Origin: Escherichia phage vB_EcoS_AKFV33
Length of the DNA: 64,000 nt
Strand: one strand, 5' to 3'
Sequence record: NC_017969.1
How positions within the stretch are numbered: position 1 is the stretch's first letter; each line of letters starts with the position of its first letter. A program made the position numbers and the translations under genes. Under the pieces are notes generated by a model. It had not been told where the DNA came from. It did no database searches and saw only the letters and a list, made by a program, of their open reading frames with translations. This document shows, piece by piece, positions 37,222 to 48,600 of the stretch.

Positions 37222-39576
37222 TTAAACTTTCTCCCGCATTTGACTATCTGTTAATACTCTATTCCATATTCTAAGGTTACGAATATGACCATACAATTTA
37301 GTTGAATCTGAAGGTCTACCGCCTATTTCTACTAACGAGTCCGAGTCCGTTCCTTTCCAGGTAGAACCGTGTGAGGTACCACCCTTATTCCCATTAACAA
37401 ACGAGGTGACATCTCCATTACCACTAAAAATAAAACCAAATACATGAGGAGAAAATTGTTTTTCAAATGCATAACCTCTGGATAATATAGTTGATCCACC
37501 CTCATTTACCACATACGCGTAAGGTGTAGCGGAGGTACTGTCAAATTCCGCAACAAATGCTTTTCCTTCTACGTAGTATGGCTTATTATCAATTATCATT
37601 GGGTATGTATTATTTAGTTGAAAGCTATCCCAGTTAATACTTACCTCAGCAAGTAATGAAATATTAGTTCCTGAGAAATTATTTCTTGCAGGTATAGTAA
37701 TATAATCTACAGCCCTTGTTGCAGGTGTACTCCCCGTAATAATGAAGGAGGATGCACAAAACCCTTTTTCAAATTGCGGGGTACAAAATGATATTGTATC
37801 TCCAACCTGTACAGGTTGATCATTCTCCCTACAATAATTTACAGATCCAATAGAGTTACCACCACGTTCTACAAATTTACATGTAGCTTCAACTTTCAAC
37901 CATCCGTTGTCTTCTCTATATATTCTATGTGTTATAGTACCTCTCCCTTCTACTACAGAAGAAACTTCACCGGTTTCGCAACTTATGAAAGATCTAGCGC
38001 CGAGAATAAGACCTCCGTCCTCACCTACTAAATAAAATTGCGGTGTGATATAGATACCCAAGTTTGCTTTTACTCGTATAGATAAAGAAACGTATTCATT
38101 TTGCTGACAGTTGATTGCATTTACTGTTTCACAATAAAATAATGAAGGATACTCACCTTGTGCTTTTTCGTTTACTGTCGCCGTTGCATATGCAAAACCA
38201 TACTTATCAATATTATAAGTAACATCACTACGGTATTTATCCGTATTTAATGAAGCGGGGTCATTACTATAAGTGATATAGTTTGTCCGCTGGCCTTCAA
38301 TTAAGAGTCCTTGCTTTTCAAATCTAGGCTCATCGATATTGGCAATACAAAACTCACCGTGTTTGTTTATATATGTTGCATTTGATGCGCGGGAGAAACT
38401 GACAACCTTATCCGAGGGCATTGTAATAACATCTTCACCAACTGTTATTTTCTTGTATCCTGGCGAGTAACCTGCAAGCATATCAAGCGAGTCATTAAAG
38501 GGAATCCATACGTCAGGGAATGGTTGAAGATCCGGACCCCTGTTAGCTGCAACTTCCGCACGGTCTGCTTCTGCTTTTGCACGGTCTGCTTCTGCCTTAG
38601 AGCTGTTTGCACTACCAGCAGCATTGCTAGCTTGTTGCCCGGCCTCAATAGCACTATTACCAGCTTGTGTAGCAGAAGCAGCAGCTTGGTTTTTTAAAGC
38701 TGTTGTATCAGATACCGCGCTATCCTTAATACCTTGTGTATCCGTTTTTAATTGCTCAACATCTGCTTTTAAAGTTGTTATCTCGGATACCGCGCTATTT
38801 TTAATGGCCTGGGTATCAGATTTTAACTGTTCTACATCCGCTTTTAAAGCTGTTGTCTCTGTTACAGCACTATTTTTAATGGCCTGGGTATCAGATTTTA
38901 ACTGTTCGACATCTGATTTAAGTCCTTGAATAGCAGCTACAGATTGGCTGGCAGAAGTTGCAGATCCAGCAGCATTAGTTTCACTAGTCTTCGCATTAGT
39001 TTCGCTAGTCTTCGAGTTGGTTTCAGAGATTTTTGCCGCAGATGCCGATGCAGCAGCTTGCCCAGAAAATATTTCCGCCTCATTCCTAAAACCGCTAGAA
39101 TCAGCCGCTGATTGAGCTGCATTAGTCTCACTTGCCTTTGCATTAGTCTCACTAATTTTTGCAGCAGCAGCTGATGCGTCTTCACTAGTCTTCGCATTAG
39201 TTTCGCTAGTCTTCGAGTTGGTTTCAGAGGTTTTTGCAGCTGCAGCTGATTCTGCAGATTTAGTAGCAGAAGCGGCAGACTGAGTAGCAGAAGTAGCTGA
39301 TTGAGTAGCAGAAGCTTCTGAAGCTCCAGCGGAAATAGCAGCATCATTTTCAGATTCTTTAGCATTAAGTTCTGAGGTTTTAGCAGCTATTTCAGAATCT
39401 TTTGCAGCCGCAGCAGATTTAGCGGCGGCCTCTATAGAAGATACTAACTCATTAGCAGTAATAGAGCTAATAGAATTTCCAAGAGTTACTGTGTATCTAG
39501 GAAATTTACTAGCAGTAGCTTTAGTATCATCAATATTTAATATTTGTTGTACAATAATCTTAGTAGTTATTGCCAT
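37222..39576 (-). CDS. L-shaped tail fiber protein (pb1 N-terminal-like) with C-terminal LamG-like domain
   Basis: 784 aa; N-terminus [17 protein letters not shown]...SKFPRYTVTLGNSISSITA and the SETNAKTSE repeats resemble T5 pb1 as I recall it; C-terminal GHIRNLRIWNRVLTDSQ is typical of a LamG jelly-roll. Confidence 0.75.
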   Translation of the reverse strand: MAITTKIIVQQILNIDDTKATASKFPRYTVTLGNSISSITANELVSSIEAAAKSAAAAKDSEIAAKTSELNAKESENDAAISAGASEASATQSATSATQSAASATKSAESAAAAKTSETNSKTSETNAKTSEDASAAAAKISETNAKASETNAAQSAADSSGFRNEAEIFSGQAAASASAAKISETNSKTSETNAKTSETNAAGSATSASQSVAAIQGLKSDVEQLKSDTQAIKNSAVTETTALKADVEQLKSDTQAIKNSAVSEITTLKADVEQLKTDTQGIKDSAVSDTTALKNQAAASATQAGNSAIEAGQQASNAAGSANSSKAEADRAKAEADRAEVAANRGPDLQPFPDVWIPFNDSLDMLAGYSPGYKKITVGEDVITMPSDKVVSFSRASNATYINKHGEFCIANIDEPRFEKQGLLIEGQRTNYITYSNDPASLNTDKYRSDVTYNIDKYGFAYATATVNEKAQGEYPSLFYCETVNAINCQQNEYVSLSIRVKANLGIYITPQFYLVGEDGGLILGARSFISCETGEVSSVVEGRGTITHRIYREDNGWLKVEATCKFVERGGNSIGSVNYCRENDQPVQVGDTISFCTPQFEKGFCASSFIITGSTPATRAVDYITIPARNNFSGTNISLLAEVSINWDSFQLNNTYPMIIDNKPYYVEGKAFVAEFDSTSATPYAYVVNEGGSTILSRGYAFEKQFSPHVFGFIFSGNGDVTSFVNGNKGGTSHGSTWKGTDSDSLVEIGGRPSDSTKLYGHIRNLRIWNRVLTDSQMREKV
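38693..38917 (-). repeat. 3 x 75 bp in-frame tandem repeat inside the fiber gene
   Basis: Three near-identical 75 bp units encoding the 25 aa repeat DVEQLKSDTQAIKNSAV(T/S)E(T/I)T(A/T)LKA; further degenerate Ala/Ser/Thr-rich repeats lie at 38970-39300. Confidence 0.8.
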
Positions 39577-39998
39577 TATCTAGTTACCCCATCACTGATA
39601 AATACTTTACCCTCCATTATACGAAAAGAGCTAATAGCTGATCCTATGACATCTCGTGTCATAATTATATCATAGTATCCTGCAAAACGTTGGCGAGGGT
39701 TATACTTATCTCTCTCTTTGGTAGCTTTTTCACCGATATTATCTATAGCCTCTACAGGTAAACTTATAGCTATAGCACCTTGAGCAGCATCAATAATTTT
39801 AGTAGTAAAAGATGCCAAAGTTTCCGCGTTCTCATCAAGCCCGGCCTTTATAGTACCCCTTAGGGAATACCCTGTTAAGTTAACAGGGGTATTTGTAGGT
39901 GGATAAGTACTATCATCAACATCTAAGAATTGCATCATTAGACCATAAGGTACTTTCTCATCTATCACTAAGTCTATAACTCTATTTTCAGTACTCAT
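39576..39998 (-). CDS. tail tip collar protein (p132-like, by synteny)
   Basis: 140 aa; position between pb4-like and the fiber gene as in T5. Confidence 0.45.
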   Translation of the reverse strand: MSTENRVIDLVIDEKVPYGLMMQFLDVDDSTYPPTNTPVNLTGYSLRGTIKAGLDENAETLASFTTKIIDAAQGAIAISLPVEAIDNIGEKATKERDKYNPRQRFAGYYDIIMTRDVIGSAISSFRIMEGKVFISDGVTR

Positions 39999-40004
39999 TA
40001 TTTA

Positions 40005-42077
40005 TTACCTTATATGGATATACCCACTATTTAGGTCTATCTTCATCTTGTAGTATGCCTCAGGATTTCCTGATAACGCAGCGTTCCTATCATAAATGAT
40101 GTTAACACCGATCTGAGATAAGAAAGCATTTCCTGCTACAATTTTATCTGCCGTCACCGTCCCGTTAACAATCATGTTTCCGTGGAGAACCATTGCAGGG
40201 TTAACCCAACCAGACCCGTTCCATTGCCTTGTAAATGCTGATTGTGGGGCATTACTGTTAAATTCAGTTAATACATCATATTTAACTGGGGGAGAACCGA
40301 AGTTACTTTGAAAGAAGGAATTAGCTTGTCCATCATCCCAACCACCTAAACCTGCTATACCTACAGAGTACATCCCAGGACCACGTTGTCCATCATGCCC
40401 TATAGTACCTTCAGTACCACTCCACTGAACCACATCTGACCAGCTAGTACCCTCTAATAACCTATTAGTAACTGGATCAAGCGTACCTGTAGTGGTATAG
40501 ATATTTTGTGTCATATCTGTACGGTTAGGTGGAGTTTTTGACCAACTAGGAGGCGGATAATCTTGTTCTAGTGGTTTAGCGGGTAGAGATGTTGCTAACT
40601 TATAAACAAATACTGTTTGCTTACCTTGCATACCAGTACCCAGATCTACATCGCCATTAGGAGTTCCAATAACTACTCCACTAGAAATACGTAGCACATC
40701 ACCATCATAACGTATCCATTGTGTGGCGTTACCAATGTCTAGTTTAGCTTTGGCAGAAGTATTATCCATACCCATCCAAATACCGGAGTTATTATCACCC
40801 CAAGATTTACCTTGAGTGTAAATTGCTGGATTATCCTTACCAGATAAGTTAGTCATGATAAAGTTCGCAGCATTAATATCTCTAGTAATTACTTTACCAT
40901 CAACGTTAACAACACGGTTTATAGGATCAAAAGAAATAGGTGCTTTTCCTTCTTCATCTAGCAGACCAATGTTAATAGCACCAGTAGCTGCGTCGATTAA
41001 GAATGTCTGTCTCCAGATTTCTCCATCTTTCATGCTGCCCTTAATAAAGGCATAATTAACATCAATACCCGTCTCATTGACAAAGCTGTTGTCTAGAGGA
41101 GTATCTTCATTCAATATAAATGTTACAGGAGCTGATTCTGTTATATCTTGCTTATTTGGTCCCCAGGCAATTGATGATACCTTAAAAGTATGCTCAACTT
41201 TCCATGGGAATGATATAATTGTTGCAGCTCTAGCAGCCCCAACGTTTATCTTTTGAGCTTTAGCCCAACCAGTCTTAGCGTATTCTTCAGAGTTTATATA
41301 AGTAACCAGAAATTCACGGACATTAGCACCAGCACCACGTTCCCAGTCCCATTCTATTCTAACATCATATCGTTCCTTACCGTCTGCGATTCGTGCAGCT
41401 TTAAAGGCAATGTTAGTAGGTGCAGTAGGTGGTACGAAATTATAAGCTACAGTGAAAACGCTAGGATATTCATAATAACCAGATGAGTCAACTGTAACAC
41501 CATCTGGCATCGTAACTTGACCAGATATTCTGATCTTATAGTCACCAACAGGAACACCACCAAATTTGATAGTAGGTCCCAGTGCGCCTATATAATATTT
41601 AACCCATTCACTATCTTCTGACGCAGTACTTTTTAATTCAATAGTGCAGTAACTAGCTTCACCAGCAGTCTCTACAACAACTATTGGAGCACCAACACCA
41701 ACGTCAACGGGTTCTGATTCAGATCTTGCTGCAGTAATTATTGGCTTTTCCTTTGTTCTAAAGTTAGTTTCATTAGAGAGGTTGATACCAATCTTAGCTT
41801 CCAGTAACTCTGAGTCAATAATTGAGTCATAGAAAGCCCCCTGAATCTCATAGGAAGTAGAGGGGGTTAGATTATTAATCATTACGAAGAAAGTATCTAT
41901 ACCGGTGTAATCACGTCTATCTATACTTTCTCCTCTTTTTAACCAAAAAGATCTACCAATAACATCATAATCAGTATAAATGGAGTGCTGGACATAAGCC
42001 AAAGTATATCCAGTCATTATACTATTTAAGACCATTTTGGCTGGTGCATTATTTGAAATCATTAAATGGATGCCCAC
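40005..42077 (-). CDS. tail tip protein pb4-like
   Basis: 690 aa (pb4 is about this size in T5 as I recall); follows the pb3-like gene with overlap. Confidence 0.55.
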   Translation of the reverse strand: MGIHLMISNNAPAKMVLNSIMTGYTLAYVQHSIYTDYDVIGRSFWLKRGESIDRRDYTGIDTFFVMINNLTPSTSYEIQGAFYDSIIDSELLEAKIGINLSNETNFRTKEKPIITAARSESEPVDVGVGAPIVVVETAGEASYCTIELKSTASEDSEWVKYYIGALGPTIKFGGVPVGDYKIRISGQVTMPDGVTVDSSGYYEYPSVFTVAYNFVPPTAPTNIAFKAARIADGKERYDVRIEWDWERGAGANVREFLVTYINSEEYAKTGWAKAQKINVGAARAATIISFPWKVEHTFKVSSIAWGPNKQDITESAPVTFILNEDTPLDNSFVNETGIDVNYAFIKGSMKDGEIWRQTFLIDAATGAINIGLLDEEGKAPISFDPINRVVNVDGKVITRDINAANFIMTNLSGKDNPAIYTQGKSWGDNNSGIWMGMDNTSAKAKLDIGNATQWIRYDGDVLRISSGVVIGTPNGDVDLGTGMQGKQTVFVYKLATSLPAKPLEQDYPPPSWSKTPPNRTDMTQNIYTTTGTLDPVTNRLLEGTSWSDVVQWSGTEGTIGHDGQRGPGMYSVGIAGLGGWDDGQANSFFQSNFGSPPVKYDVLTEFNSNAPQSAFTRQWNGSGWVNPAMVLHGNMIVNGTVTADKIVAGNAFLSQIGVNIIYDRNAALSGNPEAYYKMKIDLNSGYIHIR

Positions 42078-44911
42078 TCCACAGACTGTTCTCCATCATC
42101 CCCTTCAGCTCTAATACGAAAATACAATTTTCTATTTATACCTAGAGCACCACTGTTCTGGAGAGCAAAATCTGCCTTATTATATGTTAATAAATAGTCA
42201 TAAGTATACTGATTTTCAATACGTACACTTCTTAACATCCTATTTTGCGAATCGTGTATTTCAAGGGTATAAAATATACTCTCTATTATATCTTCTTCAG
42301 GTATTCTATCCCAGGCTAGTTTCACATCTGGGCCAACAAACTCAGTTACATCTCCAGAAGCAGTATTAATTACCCTAAAATTAGATACTACACTAAGGTT
42401 TTTAGCAGAGTTAAGTTCTATAGACAGAGTCACCGGGGAACTTCTTCTACCATTAATATCTACTGCCCTTATCTCAAATATAGCCAGACCTGCTGGTTCT
42501 CCAATTATTTCTTGGATCATACGTTCGTTAGGGTTGGTCTCTAACTGTTGTACTATGTAAGGTTCGGCATGGCCTGAGTGCACAATAGAGTAATAGACTA
42601 CATTATTGGTTAGACTCGGAAGCCAGGATAACTCACCATTTTTACCTATAGAACCTACTAAACCGCCAGGAGTAGGGGTATACTTAAAGTCTCTAGGAGG
42701 AAGCACATTGTTACTAATATCTGGTATATCATTACCACTATTATCTACTTGATCAGAGTTGATAAATACATCCTCTCCATACTCTTGTAGGGTAACATTT
42801 ATCTTTCCTTCCCTAGAGTTTTCCACTTCGTCTACTAGGAAGTACTTCTTATCCCATCCGTAACGGTCGTATGTAAATGCAATAGCATCATTAGGCTCAA
42901 TACCGATGAATTGATATGGCAATGAGAAAGAAAGTGTTCTTGAGTATCTAGATTTCTTAAGTTCCCTATCAGCAAAACTTCTTGCAGTATAATAATTAGT
43001 AATATTAGCAAAAGATAGTTGTAGTTTTTTATCCAGGTTCTTGTCTTGTTCCTTATACTTGGAGTTATAGAATGTAATGGAATTAGTTTTCCAGCTAAGG
43101 GCTGGGTCTACGATAGATGCTTGAACTGAGTTGAATTTATTTCTACCAGTAGTATCTGATAGCTCCAAATCACCATAAGTATCTAGAAAATTAATCTCTA
43201 ATGGAGTATTAGAGTATTTTTCTACAGTAACCCTGTACTGGCCAGATAAGTTGTTAATAGCCCCACCGTAGGACTCTAATAAACCTTGCACATTTTTAAA
43301 TACTGATTCAGATGTATCCAGAATAGTATTCATTTGTACTATTTGTCTATTTTCTGCTAGTGGATCAGTCCACCCAACGTATCTCCAATATGGCTGCCAA
43401 GATACCTGATAGGATTCATCTATAATATCTAAAATAGCTGCTTCCTGTATTAATTGCTGAAGGGGGAACTGATCAATGGTAATATTAGCACCGTATCTAT
43501 CAGAGGTTAAGTAATCAAGTGTTTGCCAAATACCATTTAAACTAGTACTATTAGCAGTTACTCTACCATCAGAATGATAGACTTTTACTTTTTTACCTTG
43601 AATTTCAGCACTAACTTCAGGAATCTCAGTCCTATTTTCATTAATAGTGAAGCGCACCACTGCGTATGCAGTATCTAATAGTTTATACCTAGCATCCCAG
43701 TACTCCGGTCCATTGCCATTCATATTCTGAAGGTAGAACCCACGTTCTTTAGCTATATCTACTAGTACTTCAGAAGCCGTTTGATCAGATTTTCCATGAT
43801 ACGTCCAAATTCTTATGTCACCATTACCATCATTATACTTATACTCCTGCCCATGCACGGAAGGACTACTAGAAGGTGTTCCTGACGCTATTCTTTGCAT
43901 GGTGTCCCCAGCCACTTTTTTAGTACCAAAGCAGGTTCTAGCGGAGCTATCATTAGCATCTACGCAGATCATAGGGTTATCACCAAAAGAGAAATCAAGA
44001 AAACCATCAATCTCCCCCTCAGCAAAGGCGTATACGACATAAACTATGTTGGGATTGTGTAGTTCTGTATCAGCAAAAATTGGTATTCCTGGTATTTTCT
44101 GTACTCCATAAACTACTGGGATATATTTAGCAGCAAGGTTAAAATCTATATCTACTTCCTTAGTGACAGTTTCATAGTATTTTTTAAGGCTGTAGCTTCT
44201 AGATAAGCCAAATAGTTTTTTCTTTGATTTTAGCTTATACCTTTCTTCCTGTACTTGGTACTTTGCTAGTATAGATATACTCTTATTAGAATGAAAGAAC
44301 CCATAGTCTTCTTGGTACTCAGGTCTTTTAGCACCATTAGATGGTACTAACTGTCCAGCTACAACTTCAAGTCCCCTATGGGAGGCGTCATCAGTATATC
44401 TACCATTAACTCTATCAAAATCATAGAATTGGTTAGAACAATTCCAGGTAATTGTAGAGGTTCCTACTCCAGAGGTACTAATGTTATCTTTAATGCCCCC
44501 TCCAGTAATCCTCCCCCTAAAGTATAGTAGAGGACCATTTGTATCTGGGTCTACTGGTAGAATAGAACCATCTTCGGTAATAATTGCTTGATGAATTGAT
44601 ACGGTTCTATCTAAGAAGGATACACCATTTTGCACTAGTTTTAGTACTTCATCCTGTGCTGTACCAGTAATAGTAAAAGATAGACTACCAATAGATAAAT
44701 CTCTATTTTGTTTGTGTGTGCTAATAGACTTAACTTTACCCGCCTGGTATAGGATGCCATTATATAGTACATCCCTAAAATAATCAGTTAAATAAATAAA
44801 AGCAGTACTAGTACCAGTAGAGCCAGGTAACTCTAGAGAAATTAGACTAGCAGTTTTTATTCTGCTATTATTTTTTAAGTAGTTTCTAGCACTATCTAGT
44901 ATTTTTTTCAT
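42062..44911 (-). CDS. baseplate hub protein pb3-like
   Basis: 949 aa, the length I recall for T5 pb3; position between Dit and pb4. Confidence 0.6.
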   Translation of the reverse strand: MKKILDSARNYLKNNSRIKTASLISLELPGSTGTSTAFIYLTDYFRDVLYNGILYQAGKVKSISTHKQNRDLSIGSLSFTITGTAQDEVLKLVQNGVSFLDRTVSIHQAIITEDGSILPVDPDTNGPLLYFRGRITGGGIKDNISTSGVGTSTITWNCSNQFYDFDRVNGRYTDDASHRGLEVVAGQLVPSNGAKRPEYQEDYGFFHSNKSISILAKYQVQEERYKLKSKKKLFGLSRSYSLKKYYETVTKEVDIDFNLAAKYIPVVYGVQKIPGIPIFADTELHNPNIVYVVYAFAEGEIDGFLDFSFGDNPMICVDANDSSARTCFGTKKVAGDTMQRIASGTPSSSPSVHGQEYKYNDGNGDIRIWTYHGKSDQTASEVLVDIAKERGFYLQNMNGNGPEYWDARYKLLDTAYAVVRFTINENRTEIPEVSAEIQGKKVKVYHSDGRVTANSTSLNGIWQTLDYLTSDRYGANITIDQFPLQQLIQEAAILDIIDESYQVSWQPYWRYVGWTDPLAENRQIVQMNTILDTSESVFKNVQGLLESYGGAINNLSGQYRVTVEKYSNTPLEINFLDTYGDLELSDTTGRNKFNSVQASIVDPALSWKTNSITFYNSKYKEQDKNLDKKLQLSFANITNYYTARSFADRELKKSRYSRTLSFSLPYQFIGIEPNDAIAFTYDRYGWDKKYFLVDEVENSREGKINVTLQEYGEDVFINSDQVDNSGNDIPDISNNVLPPRDFKYTPTPGGLVGSIGKNGELSWLPSLTNNVVYYSIVHSGHAEPYIVQQLETNPNERMIQEIIGEPAGLAIFEIRAVDINGRRSSPVTLSIELNSAKNLSVVSNFRVINTASGDVTEFVGPDVKLAWDRIPEEDIIESIFYTLEIHDSQNRMLRSVRIENQYTYDYLLTYNKADFALQNSGALGINRKLYFRIRAEGDDGEQSVEWASI

Positions 44912-45522
44912 AAACTTTCCCGTAAATTTAATGAGATGCCGGAATATGTTCCGTTATTATTTAATGTAGATCCGAAAGCATCACCATTCATGAGTTTTGT
45001 TCTAAATAGTATCCCATTAAATACTGGTTTTTCAGCTCCAGTAGTAGTTACAAATAAATCAGGATATACGTTAATAGACCATGAATTACCAGATCTATTA
45101 AATGATGTTATTTTATAAACTTTTGGGTGATTGGATAACTTAAATAAATCACCTGGTTTAGGAATACCGGTAAGAACACCTTTTGTATCCATAGTAATAT
45201 TGGAACCTTTCTGTCCAGCAGGTATATTTACTAAGTTAGTATTACCCCTAACCCTAAAAGCCTCATACTGAGGTAGTATAACATCAATGTAGCCTCCTGT
45301 CCTCTTATACTCTAGAATAAAGGAATCTAGAACACTGAATTCATCAGGAAACAATTCTGGGTAAGAAATGTTTATACCCCAGTACTGAGCGGATACCTTA
45401 ACTTCGTTAACTTTACCATTAGGTAACTCATCACGAATTACTGGGTCATTATCAATCAGGTTAACATTTTCGAATCCTAAGCCTGAAAGTTCTGGATTCG
45501 TGTATGGGTCTGGTAATCTCAT
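44908..45522 (-). CDS. distal tail protein (Dit, pb9-like)
   Basis: 204 aa; directly downstream of the tape measure gene; strong AAAGAGGAG ribosome-binding site. Confidence 0.6.
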   Translation of the reverse strand: MRLPDPYTNPELSGLGFENVNLIDNDPVIRDELPNGKVNEVKVSAQYWGINISYPELFPDEFSVLDSFILEYKRTGGYIDVILPQYEAFRVRGNTNLVNIPAGQKGSNITMDTKGVLTGIPKPGDLFKLSNHPKVYKITSFNRSGNSWSINVYPDLFVTTTGAEKPVFNGILFRTKLMNGDAFGSTLNNNGTYSGISLNLRESL

Positions 45523-45549
45523 AGTTAATTTCTCCTCTTTAATAACAAT

Positions 45550-45578
45550 ATTATAATAGTATTAGAAAATTTTATCAA
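45550..45578 (-). promoter_or_regulatory. sigma70-consensus promoter inside the tail gene cluster
   Basis: Minus strand reads TTGATA, 17 nt, TATAAT, followed by the leader ATTGTTATTAAAGAGGAGAAATTAACTATG. Confidence 0.55.
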
Positions 45579-45595
45579 GAAATTTTTATTTTTCC

Positions 45596-45625
45596 ATAAA
45601 GAAAAGGAGGACTCAAAGTCCTCCT
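45596..45625 (-). terminator. rho-independent terminator after the tape measure gene
   Basis: Minus strand: AGGAGGAC-TTTGA-GTCCTCCT hairpin followed by TTTTCTTT. Confidence 0.7.
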
Positions 45626-45631
45626 CCAGTT

Positions 45632-48600
45632 TTAAGAATTTCCTAATGTTTTCAGACTAGCACCGTTCTCATTCAGAGCTAATTCTACTGCGTCTCTCAG
45701 AGCACCACTATTACTAGAGGCAAACTCTCTAAAACTTGCAGCATCCATAGCACTAATATTCAGGATGATAGGTCTTCCTGAAGTTGAGTTAGACGAGGTT
45801 TTTAGCTCATCATTAGGTGTAGCTTTCATAGGAACCATAGGGGTAACTACTTCTGTACCATGCTCACCCATTTGATAGCTAACCCCTGGATACATATTAC
45901 CCCCCTCAGCACGAGGAACGAAAGAGTTGGCACTACCTATACCTTGATCGCCACGAATATAAGATAGTTCACCTGCATTAGCAGACATGGACACATCTAT
46001 ATTCTTCTGACGCTCTCCTAAGGTTAAGTAACTAGTTGTATCCGCCCCAGAATCCGCAATACTTGACATACTAGATGCAGAGGATGCCTGAGCAAGAGCT
46101 AATGCACCTGCCAAACCTGCCGCTACCATCAGAGGGATAGAGAACGGGTATGGTACAGCTGTTGCTGCCTGCATAACTGCTACTGCAGTTTGGATGATAA
46201 TCTGCTTCTTAGCTGCATCTTGTTGAATCTTCAGCTTTTCAGCTTCCAACTTCTTCAACTTAGCTTTAGATGCTTCTGATTTACCATCTCGTTTCTGCTC
46301 TGCTGCAATAGCCTGATCAATCGCACTAACCTGTTGACTAGTACTATATTGAATCATAGAGGCTACAGTCTGCATACCTGCTGCGATCGTGGAAGTAGTG
46401 TCTAAAGACCCCATAGAGAACTGAATCATAGCATTGGTTAAATTACCCATGCTTTGAGCTACAGCAGTTGCTTCGGAATTTAACTCAGATAGTTTAGAAA
46501 TTGCCTGATCATAAGAAGCCATTCTATTTCCCATATCAGCAAAATCTTTATCTTCTCCAGATAGTCCAGTTGTAGGAGTATACACAGCACCTAAAGAAGA
46601 TCCAACAGAAGCTTGCATCTCCGCATTTCTCTGTGCCCTTAAACCTGCTAGTTGTGCCCTAGTTTCAGCTATCTTTTTATTATACTCCGCTTGTGCCGCA
46701 GCATTACCTAATGTTTTCTGCTTTAAGTCTTCATATAATTTTAGCTGTTCCTGTAAGCGCTCCGCATTTCCCATTAGTGGTTTAGCAGTAAATTGTCTTT
46801 GCTGTTCTTCCTCTCTACCAGCAGCCATTGAAGCAATCTGATCTTGGCGGAATTTCCAGATTTCACGTTCAATTTGGGCTTGAGCACGTCTAGACTGTTC
46901 AGCCTCTTTCTGTTTATCAGCTTGTTTTGTATACCATTCGTACTTCTCCTTTTCAATGGTCAATTCAAGATTTAACTGTGCTAGACGATACTGAGTATCT
47001 GTCATAGTACGGTTATTTAAGAGAGCTATCTCACGATCTACACCCAGGATTTTATCTGTATAATCCTTAACCTTCTTCTGAGCCTCCATACCCTGATTAG
47101 TAAGTTTAAGTTTCTCCAGCTGAATTTTTTCAATTTCTTTCTCAACAGCTTTATTTCCCTGATTAGTTTGAAGTACACGGCGTAAAGCAGCTTCTTGCTC
47201 TTCTAACTGTTGGAGTTCTAAACGCCTACCAGCTTCCTGTGCTTTTTCTTTATCTTTAGTTTGGTTGTATACATCAGCTATCTTCTGTTGAACTGCTAAC
47301 TGGTTCTTAGTCTCATTACCAGTTAGTTTAACGTACTCAGATAAGGCCTGAGACGCAGTTTTCATTTCAGACAGAGTATTATAGCCTAGGTTAAGATTTT
47401 TAACGTATTCATCAGCACTCTTACCAGTACCTAGAGATAGAGATTCTATGTTTTTTATAGCATCTGCTAAAGTAGCACTAGTTTTAGCAGCAGTATCTGT
47501 ATTCTGAGCAACGTTCTGTATATCATTAGCTAAGTCACTAGCAGTTTTCTTAGTCTGATTGTATGCTTTCTGCTGCTCAGTTAGTCCTTTTAATACAGTA
47601 GAGTTAAAATCATATACAGCACCAGGATCAGTAGTATCTCTCTGTAGATTAATTTGCTTCTGAAACTCTGGACTAGCCTTTGCAGCAGCAGCCCCGGCAG
47701 CTTGATACGCTGATTTCCAAGCATTGAGGTTCTCTGTAGAATCCTCTACTTCTTTACCAAGTCTAGTTACTTGTAAACCCATAGCTGCAGTTTCTGCTAC
47801 AAATTGCTTATTGGCCTCCGAAGCACCTGCTGCTGCAAGACCAACAGGAATACCTTCACCAACTTGACGTATAGCTAGTTTTGTATAGAAATCTGCTTGT
47901 TCCATTCGTTTATCGAACTCAGATTTTAGCTTATTACGCTTATCAAGAGATTCCTTATACATATCTAGAGCTTTATTATAGCCTTCTTCAGAAGCAGCTA
48001 AACTTAAAGCAACAGCACCAACGTTGGTAGGGTCTATCTGTCTATTAGTTTTTTCTTGGGCCCTAGCTGCCTCAGCAGATATAGAAGCCTGAGATGTATA
48101 AAATACTGTGTTGATAGCATCAATTACTGGCCCTAAATACTTAGCAGCAGCTTGTTGTATTTTTCTTAGTGCAGCATCTGCATTAGCAGCAAATTGCTCC
48201 CATGGAGTTGCACGTAGTACTTCATCTAGGTAGCCAAACCGCTTAGTAGATTCAGCAATTACCGCGTTAGCGTATGCTTGTTGTTTCTGGAAAGTGGTAA
48301 GACTATTAACATTATATGTTATACCTGTGTTTGCAGCATTTAACTGTTTAACATAATCAGCGTATGCGTCATTAAGACGGATGGTGACACCAAGTTCATC
48401 CAGAAGTTCGATTTCTTGTTTAGATACGCCCTTAATTACACGGTTAAGTGCATCAGTCATATCAACGCCAAGAACAGCAGCCGCACGACGAGCTACTAAA
48501 CCAAATTTATTAAGTTGTTCAGCATCAAATCCATAAGCAGATGCTGAAGATGCCTGTCTCATTGCTTCCTCAAAAGAAATAGCATATCCAGCAGCTTCTT

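Noticed and set aside
38570-39300. Possible CRISPR-like array
   Set aside because: The repeats are in-frame coding repeats of the fiber gene with no unique spacers of uniform length and no cas genes.
38937-39365. 142 aa Leu-rich ORF antisense to the fiber repeat region
   Set aside because: Created by the in-frame repeats of the fiber gene read on the other strand.
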